Positions 36,731 to 49,349 of a stretch of DNA of 64,000 nucleotides are shown piece after piece. This DNA is from Spizellomyces punctatus DAOM BR117 (Eukaryota). The position numbers and the translations under genes were made by a program. Under the pieces are notes generated by a model that was not told where the DNA came from, did no database searches, and saw only the letters and a program-made list of their open reading frames with translations. Every line of letters starts with the position of its first letter. The stretch's first letter is position 1. The stretch lies in assembly GCA_000182565.2 (NCBI GenBank), contig KQ257454.1. One strand, 5' to 3'.

Positions 36731-37640
36731 CTATGGGATTTCATCAAAAGGCGCTGTATCCTTGAAACAGCTATCCCACACTACTCGTACTGCATCCTCC
36801 GCCACTCTCTCCTCCTGACACTGTGGCAGCTGCTTCAATTCTGCAATCGCGCGCCGCTTAACGCATGCCTACAAGTAATAGCCAAATAAATTTCATGAAC
36901 CTTGATTAAAAACAAATGGAACTGAACATACCTGATGGTGCTTTGCAACAGAGAAGAATCCTCGTCTCAACTCCCTTGTGAATTTGCAATCCCCACTCAA
37001 ACTCGCTGCCCGAATTGCAGAACAAGCGTAATGCTCGCAATTGTTCCAATCAACCTTTGTGGTACATTGGTCATAGGCATGAATCAGCTCGTGCGTCATG
37101 GTGTCCTCCATGTGCTTTTTCGACAGGAAACTGTTTTGGCAGAGAATAATCTACAGAGTTACTAGGTTAGCATCCGTTTTCCAAGATGCGGATGACATCC
37201 AATGAAGATAGCTACCCCATAATCCGGCGCAAACCCTCCAGCTCTTGTTACTTCACATGGAGTGCATCGGAAATGATCTTCTCGAAATGGACAGCCTGCC
37301 TTTTCAAGGTTATCCATCATAAACTTTACCATCGGACCTGTCAAGAAGAAATAGTCAAACTTCAAGGTCGACCTAGCACGCCCTGGATTATCTCATTATA
37401 CATACTGCTTTGCAGCAGCTTCTTCTTCCACCTCTCACAGCGCGCATTCTCCCGTTCCTCCTGTTGGGTTGCTGCCTCAATGTTCTTCGCCTCCTTTGCG
37501 GCCGTTTCGTGGGCGGTTAAAGGTCTGGGAGTGAGAAAACTAGACAATGTCTCTCGCCATCGCACAAAGGATGGATCCTCTTTTCCGTCATCGTTATTGG
37601 CAGCACCTGCCGACGGCCGTGAAGTTTCGGAAGTCGACAT
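36731..37640 (-). CDS. ATP23: Mitochondrial inner membrane protease Atp23
   Basis: GGFAPDYG, MEDTMTHELIHAYD, ACSAIRAASLSGDC, CFKDTAPFDEI. Confidence 0.93.
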
Positions 37641-37727
37641 GCGTAGGTACTAGTAGATCGGTGATCTTCGAAGCAGCACAGACGATCATCACCGCTTGCT
37701 TGATGACTCAATACGCGTGACGCACCC

Positions 37728-37741
37728 GTTGCTATGTAAAC
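37728..37741. promoter_or_regulatory. RFX X-box-like element GTTGCTATGTAAAC upstream of ATP23
   Basis: Imperfect palindrome of X-box form, about 90 bp upstream of the ATG. Confidence 0.4.
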
Positions 37742-37891
37742 GAATATAAACAAACGAGTATTATTCCTGCGGTCGAAACCGCAGAATTCTACACGCGCTG
37801 TCGCATAATATTATCTATCTCTGTGGCTATACTTCCGCTTAAAAATACCGAACAATGCAATGATTCTGAAGACAACCTAGATGATCCTACG

Positions 37892-40674
37892 CTACGACCA
37901 CACATCTTCCAAGTAGCGTCCTTTGGTCCTCAAGTCCTTAACCCAAGCCTTCGCCTTATCCTCACTGGCCATGCCACCAAACTTGAGTGCAAGCTCAGTG
38001 AGAGCATTCTGCACATCATGCGCCATGTGTTTCGCATCACTGCAAAAATAAATACGCACATAAGTAACCCTTCCACTGGTCCCAGGGATACTTTGAATAC
38101 TACTCACCCGCAAACATAAAAGTAACCTCCCATTTCGCCCATCATTTTCCATACATCCTTTCCATTATCTCTTACCATGTGTTGCACGTATACCTTTTTT
38201 CCCTCATAGCGACTGTATGCTTTGAACACCTTCAAATCCAAATCGACCTGCCCACTCGCAACCCCCTTTTCCATTGCCTCAAATTCTGCCCGATACAAGA
38301 AATCCTTGTCGGGATGCCGGCATCCGTAGAACAGCCAGGTTGGTCCAACTTTCATTTCGGGCGAGGTAGACGCAAGGTGGTACCTTTCACGGACAAACGC
38401 TCGGAATGGTGCGACACCTGTTCCAGGACCCACCATTACTACGGGCAGGCGAGGGTTGCGGGGTAACTTGAAATTCGATGTTCGGATATACAAGGGAAGG
38501 TAGAACTTGGGAATGGGGATCGGCTCAGTCTCCGAATGATTATTCAAAACGCCAGCTTCCGCCTCTAGACCACTTCTCGCTTCATGGAGCCTTTGCAACC
38601 ACGACGTTGCAATACCTTGCTTGACAACAACATTTCCTTCCTTGCCATCTTTGACGCGATGTGATGGGAACTGAGAAGGCAGAGCATATCGAACCATTAC
38701 AGCTGTGACGCCTACATGGTTGGGCTCCTCTTTGGACGACGATGAGATGGAATAATACCGAACGGCGATGCGGGGCAGTAGTTCTCCGAGTACCACTGCT
38801 ATTGGTACCTCTATGCTTTGGAACACGTCCAGGACGTCAGCAAGATCCTTGCGACTTCGCTCAATCAGTGGAACATATAGTTCTCGATTGTCTGCTAGCT
38901 CAAAGAGCAAGTCACGCTCTGCAGTGTCCTTGCAATACTTTGCAAGAATCTAATTGATTGCAGGAGAAAAGTAAAAACGGAGGTTAACCGCACGACTTAC
39001 TGATTACTAAATCCACCTTGTGCAGCACATACCTCAAGCTGATACTGCTTCACAATGGCAGCTAGGTCCAAGTAATGCAGTAAGGCTGTCCGAACAGTAC
39101 AGGGCACAGGGAACGGGACTTTGGCGCTCTCTGCCGCCATATTTTGTTTGTTCGGCTTCAAAATTACAACCTTGTCAAGTTCTTCTTCCGTTAATCCCAA
39201 CGCCTTCGCCAATCTCATCAAGTGCTCCTCATCATTGACGGGCCAAACGCCGACATGGTCCCCGGTCTCATACTTCAGGCCGCTACCCGATATATCCAGG
39301 TCAACGTGTAAACAATGACGTTCAATTCGCACTTTGGTATTCTCCACCAAGTACCGCTTGTGGCCAGCACGGGGCATGTGATACGTGTTGTCAAAGGTAT
39401 ACTCGTCGTGCACATCGATGAACAGTGGTTTACTTGTCAAAATCCTGCCGTAATGGGGATGCTTTGCATCGTACGCAATCTTTCTACTTCTGTGCGGCGA
39501 GTACGCTCTTAGTAACAACACCCCTGTGTGCGCCAACTCTTTCGTCCTAATTTTATGCAATCTCATACATACCTTACTTCAACAAACTTCTCTCCAACGC
39601 CACTATCTACCATCTCGTAATCTTCTTCACCATCCTGTGCCTTTTGCCACCGCCTGGGTTTGCCCGCACTGTATTCACCCCAGAATACCTGGGCTTGTGA
39701 TATATTTGTGGCAGGAGCGATTTCGAATAGCGGGACGTGAGGCTTGTCCCGCTGACCTATAGAGCCAGCATCCTCGACGTTGAAATACTCGGCCATGGCA
39801 GCAAGGATACTCGGTTTCCACGCGAGGAAATCTTCTTCCATACTGCACCACGAGCGAACCATTTAGTAACATTCAGGATGTAATGAAGCTGGTACCACCT
39901 ACCTAGCGTCATCGTCACCCTCGCCGCGTTCCCCGATACGTACACCTCCAAGGCTTTTCAAACGTTTATCAAGCCTTCGGCCAATAGCATTGTAATGTTC
40001 GTATGTTTTGTTGCCCAGGCCAAAGACGATATATTTGAACCCATCCAGTGCATCATCCTCCAGTGGATCATCTCCGCCGTCGTCCTGTCCTCCGTCATCT
40101 TCTCCTTTTCCCTTTCCAGCCATGATCCAGTCGTAAAACTCTACAACGTTATCAGTGGGTTCACCTTCCCCATATGTAGCCATGAAGAAGCCACAAAGCC
40201 ATTTCTTCCCCTCTGCCTCGCCTGGCCATCTTGTGAGCTCGGTCATATCATATTCTTCCGGGTCACATATGAGAGTAGGTATGTTGAAGTGCGTTGTTGT
40301 GTCCTTTGCAATCCGCGTTGCAAGGTCTTCCGCTGTTCCCGTTTGCGAGCCATAGAAGAGAATGAGCTGGGAGGGATGATCTAGGGCCTGGAGCTTTTTC
40401 AAAATAGACTTTTTTCCATATGCCCTGTGGACCCAAACAAGTCAGCTACAATCGACATTTAGACATGCTGCAACAATGATTGTCCGACTTACCGAGGACT
40501 CTCTGCAGATCCCGGTTTAACACTTCCGGCGGGACCGCTCGACGCCGCCACAGATCCTGCACCCCCAACAGTAACCGTCTTGGAGCCGCTATCTTTAAAA
40601 TACCGGATATACACCGCAGTGAGAATAGCAATCACCGTCAAGATGATAATATCGGTCGTGTCCAGTAACGCCAT
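37892..40674 (-). CDS. NCP1: NADPH-cytochrome P450 reductase
   Basis: N-terminal transmembrane anchor, FYGSQTGTAED, ATYGEGEPTDN, FGLGNKTYEHYN, YETGDHVG, RYYSISSS, GPGTGVAPF, RYLEDVWS. Confidence 0.95.
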
Positions 40675-40824
40675 GCTTCGTATACACTAATGAAAGTATC
40701 AGTGTTAACTGCTGTCGAGGACACAGATGGGCCCTACTGCTGGTAAACCGGCTTTCGGTGTTCCGAAGTGGCAGCGCCAGGTTCGCAGCCGCTCCCGCTT
40801 CGCCTTGTCCGTTCAACGACTATT

Positions 40825-40838
40825 GTTGCCATATCAAC
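40825..40838. promoter_or_regulatory. RFX X-box-like element GTTGCCATATCAAC upstream of NCP1
   Basis: Imperfect palindrome about 150 bp upstream of the ATG. Confidence 0.4.
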
Positions 40839-41484
40839 AAGTCATTTATCCCATTTGGATAGATGAGGTGATCACTCTCCAGCCGTGGCAAGAGCGAATG
40901 GCGAAGGCATTCAATGAACATTTCTGTTTGCATTTCAGTTGAATGTCATGTACGCACCACGCATGTTCAATTTGGGACATGACACAAGTGATGCTGCAGT
41001 AGTCCAACCAATGTTTCTTGATGTGTGCAACGGGGAGTCCAAATGGACAATCAGCTCTTACAAGTGTTTTTTTAATCCTTCACGTAGATGGTGCATGTAC
41101 TGGTCCTCCAGTAGATTTCACTTTCAAGCATCCAGATAATACTACTTGAGAGTTCCTTGTTTAAGCGTGGTGCCCAACGCAGCTGCCGTACAACTAGCAG
41201 AAGCGGGTCCACAAAACTGAGCGAGATGCTTACACAATGATACGACCAACTACCGCCGTGATTTCGCAGCCGACTTGTTGCTAGTACGAGCTCTGCATAC
41301 TAATCTTCTAGATTGAAAATGCCTCCAGAGATCTACTAGTGTGCTGCCTGTTCATGCCAACCAATAAGCTGGTAAGCCATGACGTAACCATGATCCAATT
41401 GGAACAAAATCCGGTTGTAGTGCAAGTGGCTCCAACCAGACCTGGGATGACTTGAGGCCCGCTGGATATCAAAACGCACAAGAA

Positions 41485-43080
41485 ATGTCTTCCGCCGTAC
41501 CCTCGCACGAGCAGTCATCACCGCCTAGCGATTTCGACACGACGGGCGCCACTCAGGACTCATTGCAGAGCACGAAACGTCCAATCCGCAAGAATGACCG
41601 GCACCTCTTTCAGAACCCTTTTCCGCTACAAATTAGCAAAGAAGAGCCACTCAAGGGTTTCTTCTTGCCAATCACTATTGCATCCTTCCTTCAATATCTC
41701 TTCCAGTCGTTCAGTTCATTAATACCTTTCCGTAAACCTCCATTGCCACCCTATGAAGGAGTTCTTGTGGGAGAGTCTGGTTGCGTGTGGATATTACAAG
41801 ACGGAAAGGCCCAAGTGGACAGGGCCTTGCGCTGGGAACAGGAGTTTAAGCGGAAAAGCACCATTGCCCTGGAAGCTGGTTTGACTCATGCTCTTGGATT
41901 GGGTCTGTGGAGAGGTGGCTTTTTTGGAAAGGCTACATTATCGCGTGGCGAACCGACCTGGTGGAAGAGAATGGCAAGGGATGGACAAAGTACCGAGGGA
42001 GAAAGTGAGTACATCATCCAAGAAGTAGTACTAGTCGTCGGGGAGTTACAAAATTGCACCGTCAGAAACCTTGCTCTAACATCATATCTAATCACAGGTC
42101 TCGCTGCACGCCGACGCGCCATGAGGACCGCTCAAAGGCGTAATGTGCCGCAGCCGCCATCGGAACCTAAATCCACGACGAGCATGTCATCCTTTTCAGA
42201 CGGATACGACTCATTAGTGTCGACACCGTACGCAGAAGGCTTGGGTTGGGGTGTTCTCACTGTCGATCCCGAACGATATCAACTGACGCCAGAAGAGGCG
42301 TTCTTCCTTGCCTACGGCCTAGGTATTTTGGCTGTAAAAGAATCGGAAGAGGTAAACTACTACTTTTGTATATCCATCTGAGATGTCTCTGACCCTAGAC
42401 TAGGGTGACATACTTGAACCATGCGAACTGTGGTCAAAACTGCGATCCCATCCAAATGCACTCACATTTGCTTCACAACTGGTGGGGCCTGAAATAATGA
42501 CGACCTCAAAACTCTCGAGCGAATTCGCTGTCCGTTATGCTGCGTATCATTATTACAGAAGTCAAGGGTGGGTTGTCAAATCAGGCATCAAGTTTGGAAC
42601 CGATTATGGTAGGTTTCTTAAATGTTCATCATCAATTCATCACCGATCTCAAATGTCATTTTCTGTAGTCCTTTATAGACGAGGCCCGATTTTTCGACAT
42701 TCCGAGTACGTTACGCGTAAACTTCTTCGTTTCATGTATAGCAATCTCATCTCCCACTGGCTGTAGTTACGCGGTAGTTGTTGTTCCGAGCGTCTCAGAC
42801 ACTGCACACAGGGATACCCTACCCGATATACCCGCACGAACCTGGGTATGGGCGTTGAGCGTAAATCGTGTCTGCGCACAGGTTAATAAGGTATGACAGA
42901 TCTGTAAGTTCATGCATCAGGGAACATTCATTAATGTGAACGTAGCGAGTTCTTTTGTGTCACGTCGTGGTACCATCAGATATTACGCGGAAGGAACTGG
43001 CCGACCCAACCTGTATCAAGCGGTTTGCCATATGGGACGTGTGCATCGGACGATGGGTACCCGAAAAAACCAGAGATTGA
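41485..43080 (+). CDS. SEN2: tRNA-splicing endonuclease subunit Sen2
   Basis: LWRGGFFGKATLSRGEPTW, LTPEEAFFL, YAAYHYYRSQGWVVKSGIKFGTDY, LYRRGPIFRHS, RWVPEKTRD. Confidence 0.93.
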
Positions 43081-43216
43081 AAAGCGGCAGTCAAAGTCTT
43101 TTTAAATATCATCTAATTTCTGTAATATTTATAAGTAGATTTGCCAGTCTTTCGCATTGATATGTAGATACTAGAGCTTGTGTCCATATGTAAACAGAGA
43201 GTGCGTCGGTCGGCGC

Positions 43217-43937
43217 TTATGGGATAGGGGAGACAACAAAAGAGTGGGATTTCAGCGCTTGGTATGCGGGACGTGAAAGAGAGTTTTTCGCAACACGGAT
43301 GTCAGTGTTGATGTCGTCTATCAAGGCATCTAGATCATATCGTGTCAATGGCCATATTCGGGTGAAATAGAAAAAACAGAATACTACCTAGAGATTCGTA
43401 ATTTTTCTCGGCACGAATGTAACCAGTCACAATGATCCGTAGTTCTTCGCCATAAAAGTCTTGGGGATAATCATGGATGATATGTACCTCCTGTAAGTTC
43501 ACCAATGAATACCAAAAGAACATGACAACATCCGTGGCAGCTTAAAATAAAGGAACACACCGCAGATCGCTTTTCGTTTTTGTAATATGGATTCCAGCCA
43601 AAACTCATCACCATTGGGTGGACTTCTGGGCATGAGCCGACACTTGCCCATCCGTAGTAAATTCCCGTGTCAATAACCTTTCCCGCTTCGTCTGCGACTT
43701 CCTCGGGAAGGTTTGCTAAAGGCAAAACGTGAGAAGCGCAACTGGTACTCCAAAAGGGACGATTCCGCGAGACAGGTTCTGCTGCTATCTAAACAAACCG
43801 AGGAAGAACATACCAGTTGGGATTCCCAATTCTCTGCTCCCCCTTCCGAACCCTTTGGATACCGCGCCCTTCAGATATACAGGGAAGGGTGGTTGAGGAG
43901 TCTCTTCCCCGGCAATACTAGGTCGTCGTTCAGACAT
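43217..43937 (-). CDS. FMN1: Riboflavin kinase
   Basis: GAVSKGFGRGSRELGIPTAN, GIYYGWA, MVMSFGWNPYYKN, EVHIIH..DFYG. Confidence 0.95.
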
Positions 43938-44022
43938 TGGAATGGGATGAGCGGCAGGCTGACAAATGTGGGGAAAGCTGCCTCGGCAAAGTTGGCGATC
44001 CCAGCCTTAGCTAATGCGTCCT

Positions 44023-44036
44023 GTTGCCATGGCAAT
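44023..44036. promoter_or_regulatory. RFX X-box-like palindrome GTTGCCATGGCAAT in the FMN1/MRP2 divergent promoter
   Basis: 13/14 match, central in a gap of about 210 bp. Confidence 0.55.
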
Positions 44037-44149
44037 CACAAATGAGTCGTTGATCCTGCAAGCAGATCGGCTTGGAGCTTAAACGACGGATCTCTTCGTT
44101 CTGACCCAAGAGTTCTTCCTTCTTCCTACCCCTTCTCCTCCCCTCCATC

Positions 44150-44533
44150 ATGCCCCTTTCCAATATCATCCGAGACAAACTTACTCGGCTCTGTGTAGCC
44201 GAAAATGAAATCACACGCGAAGCCCTCCGGCTTATAGCACGAGACAAGTCTGGAAAGTATACCCTGAACGACCGCATTCGTGCGCAATTGGAGCTTCAAA
44301 AATTGCCAAAATATTCACGGCCAACAGCAGTTCACAACAGATGTGTAGAGAGTGGAAAGACAAGGGTATGTGCAAGACGACTCGTGTCATAGATTTCAGC
44401 TGCCTGAGCTCACCTATAGTGTACCGTTATGCGGACATAGGGTCATGTAACCGATTTCAAGGTTAGCCGAATCGTCTTCCGAGAAAGAGCGTTGGCGGGT
44501 GAGATACCGGGGGTGAAAAAGAGTTGTTGGTAG
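44150..44533 (+). CDS. MRP2: Mitochondrial small-subunit ribosomal protein uS14m, 2 exons
   Basis: RIRAQLELQKLP..SRPTAVHNRCVESGKTR|GHVTDFKVSRIVFRERALAGEIPGVKKSCW. Confidence 0.93.
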
Positions 44534-44722
44534 AGCAACGTGGAGTTCAGGAAGGGTTTATTTATTCTAGCTGCGTTTGGAGAAGAGGAGGGTCGCAACG
44601 ACTTGTTCTTGCAGCAAAAGCGCTGATCAGATGCTGGTTGAGCCAGTCGGATCAACTCTTTGTTTTTTCTCATCAGTAAAATACATAATGGCATAAGAAA
44701 CATTGAATTGGAAAGAAGGAAA

Positions 44723-45842
44723 CTATAATTTGGCCGTAGATGGTGTCGCCTCCCGCGGTCGCTGGATACCCCGCTTTTGTGCTGCCATTCTCAGTAATCC
44801 ATACATTGTTTGCAGTCGCGGCATCTGAATGCCATATCTCTGAGCGATTCTAATCGGGTTCCCCAAGATCACTTCAAGCTCCATTGGTCTCCCTGCCTCC
44901 CAATCCAACAACATGCTAGGCTTGGATCCCTTGTTTCGCTCCGTAGACCGGATAATGGCATCAATGGTGGCTAGGTCCGACGGGAATGGACGTCCAAATA
45001 TTTTACGAGCCGCATCAAAGACTTCTTGCATGCAGCCACGAGTATGCTGCCGCAGTTCAGAATCGTTGACCATATCGGCATTTCCCCATCCACCAGACAA
45101 TACGGAAGAGGGATTGAATGCTGCATTGATGGCAATCTTGTGCCACCGCACCAATTGGATTTGAATGGTATCCCAACCTTCTGCGTCCGATATGCCACCA
45201 TCGTGGAAAATCGCTACGAGACGCTCTAACGAGCTTTGCGCATATTGATCGCGCTGATTGATCGTAGACTGTGCTAAGGAAGAATCTTCGTCTCCACTAA
45301 AGGGACCAATGGAGATGCGGGTCCAGCGATGTTGCACAACGACACCCGGTTCCGTTTGTGCGGCTGATATGACTGTTACAGCAGATAAGATTGGGTTTGC
45401 TGGAAACCGGGCTCGATGAGGTGCTTCAATCCCGACACCATTTTGAATCAACACGATTGAGCTTCTCCCCGGTGTCACCACTGGCGCGACCTCTTGTGGT
45501 TCGTCGTCGATATCGGGAAGGGCTTTGGTTGCTATTACAACGTAGTCGTACACTATGCTTGGATTTGCCTCTGCAGCCGCTTTGCAAGAGGGGAAGACAG
45601 CTTGGGGTTTGAACGTGTACTCGCCGAAAGCGCGGGTTTTCAACTGAAACCCGGATGCTAGTACTGCTTTGTAGTTGGACCGACAAACCACAGAGACGTG
45701 CACACCTTTTTCAGGCTGATGAAGCCGAGATGCGTAGAACGCTCCAACAGCCCCGGCACCGACTGAGAGTAAGATTAGCGTCTCTGGCCTAGGTAGTCAG
45801 TCGAGGGTCCACAAACGTACCGAGAAGGATATTCACGCCCAT
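44723..45842 (-). CDS. Ketopantoate reductase (PanE/ApbA family), 2 exons
   Basis: VGAGAVGAFY, VVIATKALP, LIQNGVGIE, RWHKIAINAAFNP, PSMLLDWEAGRPMELEVILGNP. Confidence 0.9.
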
Positions 45843-46854
45843 TTGAGAAAAACAGAAAAAGGATATCAACAGGTCTTGGCCAAGTGCAATGTCTACAGTC
45901 GCTATGATGGATGAGATGTCGGGATACTCAACGTTGTTCCCTTGGAGGATCGCAGAAATCTCTCGTCGAACATTCCGGTCAACGCAAGTTGATTTAGAGA
46001 TGGATTGTTCCAAGATGGCTTGTCGTGTTTGTGTGACGGGATGACGCTAACGATTACGCAAGCACAGTCGGAACTGCCGGATGAGAGAAGCAGCTGCTGT
46101 TCAAGGAAAAGGGCTAGCCATCTTTGGATGATGGTCGTTGACCATGTCGGGCTTAAACCTGGGAAAACCAACTGCTCACCTCGGCCAGCTGGACATTACT
46201 TGGCCTTTGAGAATCAAAAGGGATGAGGGTACATACAACTTACGGATTTGCTTCTATAAGCAACGTATAAGCAAGGAGATATACCTTGGATCAAACTTGG
46301 CGAATTACGTGGATTCTTCCATTGCGGATCAAGCAGGGAAATAGAACATGGCGTACCTGGCTCTCTCCAAACAGACGCATTGCAAACGACCGGTGGTCAT
46401 CATGCCCGTGCATTGACATTAAGAGTTCCGCGCTCCAGAGACGAGTCTGAGAAGCAACCAAAGGGTTTCCTTGTAAAGAGCAGCCATGTCCTGTAGGCCG
46501 TAGAACATGTGGAGTCGCCCTCAAAAAACCCCTCCGTTAGACTCCGACATGAGTCGTGGGTGCAAGTCTCCAGAAGATGCTCCGTTGGGTGACAGATGAC
46601 ATAAGCAATTATTGGTGGAATAATTACAGTTTGAGGCCGCCCCTAGGCTGTTTCTTCCTGCTCTGCTTGTTTTTCCGGGTTGGGACGCTTAAGTACTTAC
46701 GACATTGGCTCAAGCCGCCATCCCACGCCGCAGCGCCGACCATTGCCAGCTCTCGGACTTACGAGACTTGCGCGTTCTGTATATAGTTGAACCCGGCCAT
46801 CGTTTTGTAACTTTGCCTGTTTTAAATTGAATTCTTCCGCATCGTACCAAAACC

Positions 46855-48541
46855 ATGACTCAAACGCCGGATATGCAAGTGCTATCAAGCACTAATACGA
46901 AATGGACGCGATTTGCAGCCGCATTGTCGCCGTGGCAATTGCTCGTATCAACTGGTGAGGCGTTCGTTTATTACTTTGGCGGCGCGTCTGGCACACGAGC
47001 AAAGGCGTGATAAACTAACGATAGCTATATCTGTAAAGCACAATCGGCATGCCTTTCCACATTAAAACGGACAAACCAAGGTTACATTCATATTACATTA
47101 AAAAATGGGGATGCTCGAGAGTTTGGCAGCAAAAATGATCCAAATCTCCAAGCTTTCGTTACGGTTCTGAGCGATACATTCTGGATCCGGTTGATGCTGT
47201 TCAGTGCAATGGTGAGCACCGATAGCAAATATTACTTCGCTTTTGGTCATCTTGACATTTCCCTTCCCGTTAGGGATTCGGTGAATCCTACATGTATCAT
47301 GAGATCGACGTATCAAATCTTGCAACGCTCATCAAGATCTTGACAAAGAATCGTGATGCTTATTCCGAGATGAATCTGCTACCGGCAGGCCTAAACTCCG
47401 TTTTGAACAGTGTATTGCACTCTCGGATTCCCAACACGATCTTGAATGCAGTGAGCAATATTCAAGCACACTATGATTTGGGCAATGAGATGTTTGCGAG
47501 TTTTCTGGATCCTTCAATGATGTATTCGTGCCCAATCTGGGCGGGAGAGGATGATACTCTAGAGCAAGCTCAGTATAGAAAAATACATGCCATACTGGAT
47601 TTGGCAAGTATTGAAGAAGGACATCACGTACTAGAAGTTGGGACTGGGTGAGTGGTACTCTTGCTTGGTCCTAGAGAGCATACGTTCTTGCGAATACTCA
47701 TGGGGCCGTTTATTTGTGATGACATTTAGATGGGGCGCATTAGCGATTGAGGTATGTGTCTTCTTTTGCAATCTCACTCAATTCTCCAAGCCCAACTCTT
47801 TGTCGCCTTCTAGGCCGTCAAACGTCACAAATGTAGAGTGACCACTTTAACCCTCAGTAAAGAACAAAAGGCACTGGCCGAAAAACGCATAGCAGCAGAG
47901 GGCCTCTCATCATCAATCGATGTAAAACTTATGGACTATCGCCATATGAGTTCACGTCAACGTTTCGACCGTATCATTGCAGTGGAAATGCTAGAAGCGG
48001 TCGGGCCTGAGTTTCTGCCCGTATTTTTCGCAAAGTGTCATGAACTCCTTCATCCCACGCATGGCATCGTAGCTTTACAAGTCATTACCATGCCGGATTC
48101 GCGATACGAACAGTACTTGAAGAAAGTCGACTTTATACAACGTCACATCTTCCCGGGTGGTCACTGTCCGTCTGTCACAGCCTTAGTGGATTCTGTGTAC
48201 CAAGGAAGTAAGGGACATCTGATTGTGGACGAGTTGCGAAACATTGGACCGCACTATGCAAAAGCCCTCCGCATCTGGAGAGAGAAATTCATAGAAAACT
48301 GCGATACAGTTGCTCAAGAGCATGGACTAGAGGCGAAATACGATAAAGTGTTCAAGCGAAAGTGGGAATTTTGTAAGTGCAATTCCTCTTGACGATGCAG
48401 TCACTCTGTGCTTACCCGAGTATCGCTGCTACAGATTTCGCATACTGCGAAGCCGGGTTTGCAACCCGAACGCTGGGCAACGTGCAACTGCGATTGACCC
48501 GATGCAACAATACTGATCTCCTTCATGGGATTCCATTGTAG
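46855..48541 (+). CDS. Cyclopropane-fatty-acyl-phospholipid synthase family methyltransferase
   Basis: FWIRL...GFGESYM, NIQAHYDLGNEMF..FLDPSMMYS, VLEVGTGWGALA, EMLEAVG, FIQRHIFPGG, YCEAGF. Confidence 0.9.
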
Positions 48542-48870
48542 ATAATCACTACATTTTGGGTTTTGGGGGAAAATAGAACACAAATCTTTATTTGCATAGG
48601 GTTTTCAAATGTTGTGTTTGTTTGCATCAGGTTCCACTTTCAACGACCAATTGAAAACCTTAAAGATTTAATGTGGACAAGTCACATTTTTGACTGTGAT
48701 CTGCTTAGTCATCATGATTCCGATGATTTCGTCCCCCAAACCCCATCACAAGTGTGGTTGGCCGAAAAACTATTTAAAGCTGGGGATGGACAACGAAATT
48801 CCCCTTGTCAAGACTGCTTCTGCAATAAATCACAAAATACATTTGTAAACAACTCTTTGGCTTCCGCGAA

Positions 48871-49125
48871 ATGGTCTCATCGACACCACCATCTTACTCA
48901 CCAATGCGATCCGATCGCTCCTTGGATCCAATTCGAATAGCAGCGCAGCCCAGAACGCAAGCGTCAAGGCCGCCCATCACGATAGCTGCTGGATATACGC
49001 CGCTTCGTAGCCGCAATTTGCTCCCCTTACTCTTTCCACCAACAGCAGTTGGACAAGTTGACCGTTACCCACCACGATTACCCCCCTATATCGACAGCGA
49101 ATCGTTGCCAATATACACGCCTTAG
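48871..49125 (+). CDS. Putative intronless 84-aa proline-rich micropeptide with PY motifs
   Basis: TATA-like TATTTAAA at 48771, good start context GAAATGG, motifs PPSY/LPPY/LPIY, then a T-rich tract and AATAAA near 49258. Confidence 0.45.
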   Translation: MVSSTPPSYSPMRSDRSLDPIRIAAQPRTQASRPPITIAAGYTPLRSRNLLPLLFPPTAVGQVDRYPPRLPPYIDSESLPIYTP

Positions 49126-49349
49126 CATGATTTTCGCGCGCCCTCCCTCTTTTTTTCCTTTAGATTTACTGTTTCTATGTAGTTGATCAGATATATGTCC
49201 AAGCCGCCATGTATTATTTTAGGCTGTTGTTGATCTTTTTGCTATTTCTGATAATATGAATAAAGTTGCTGCTAAATACAAAAAAGTGATCTATCACATT
49301 GTCTACACATCTTCGTCGGCTTGGGCTACCATTACCAGCAAGTAACGAT

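Noticed and set aside
45880-46800. Several short ORFs between the PanE and CFA genes
   Set aside because: No consistent frame, motifs or splice chain; treated as intergenic.
47292-47651. CFA synthase appearing 5'-truncated or pseudogenised
   Set aside because: Two upstream exons from ATG 46855 splice in frame to give a complete gene.
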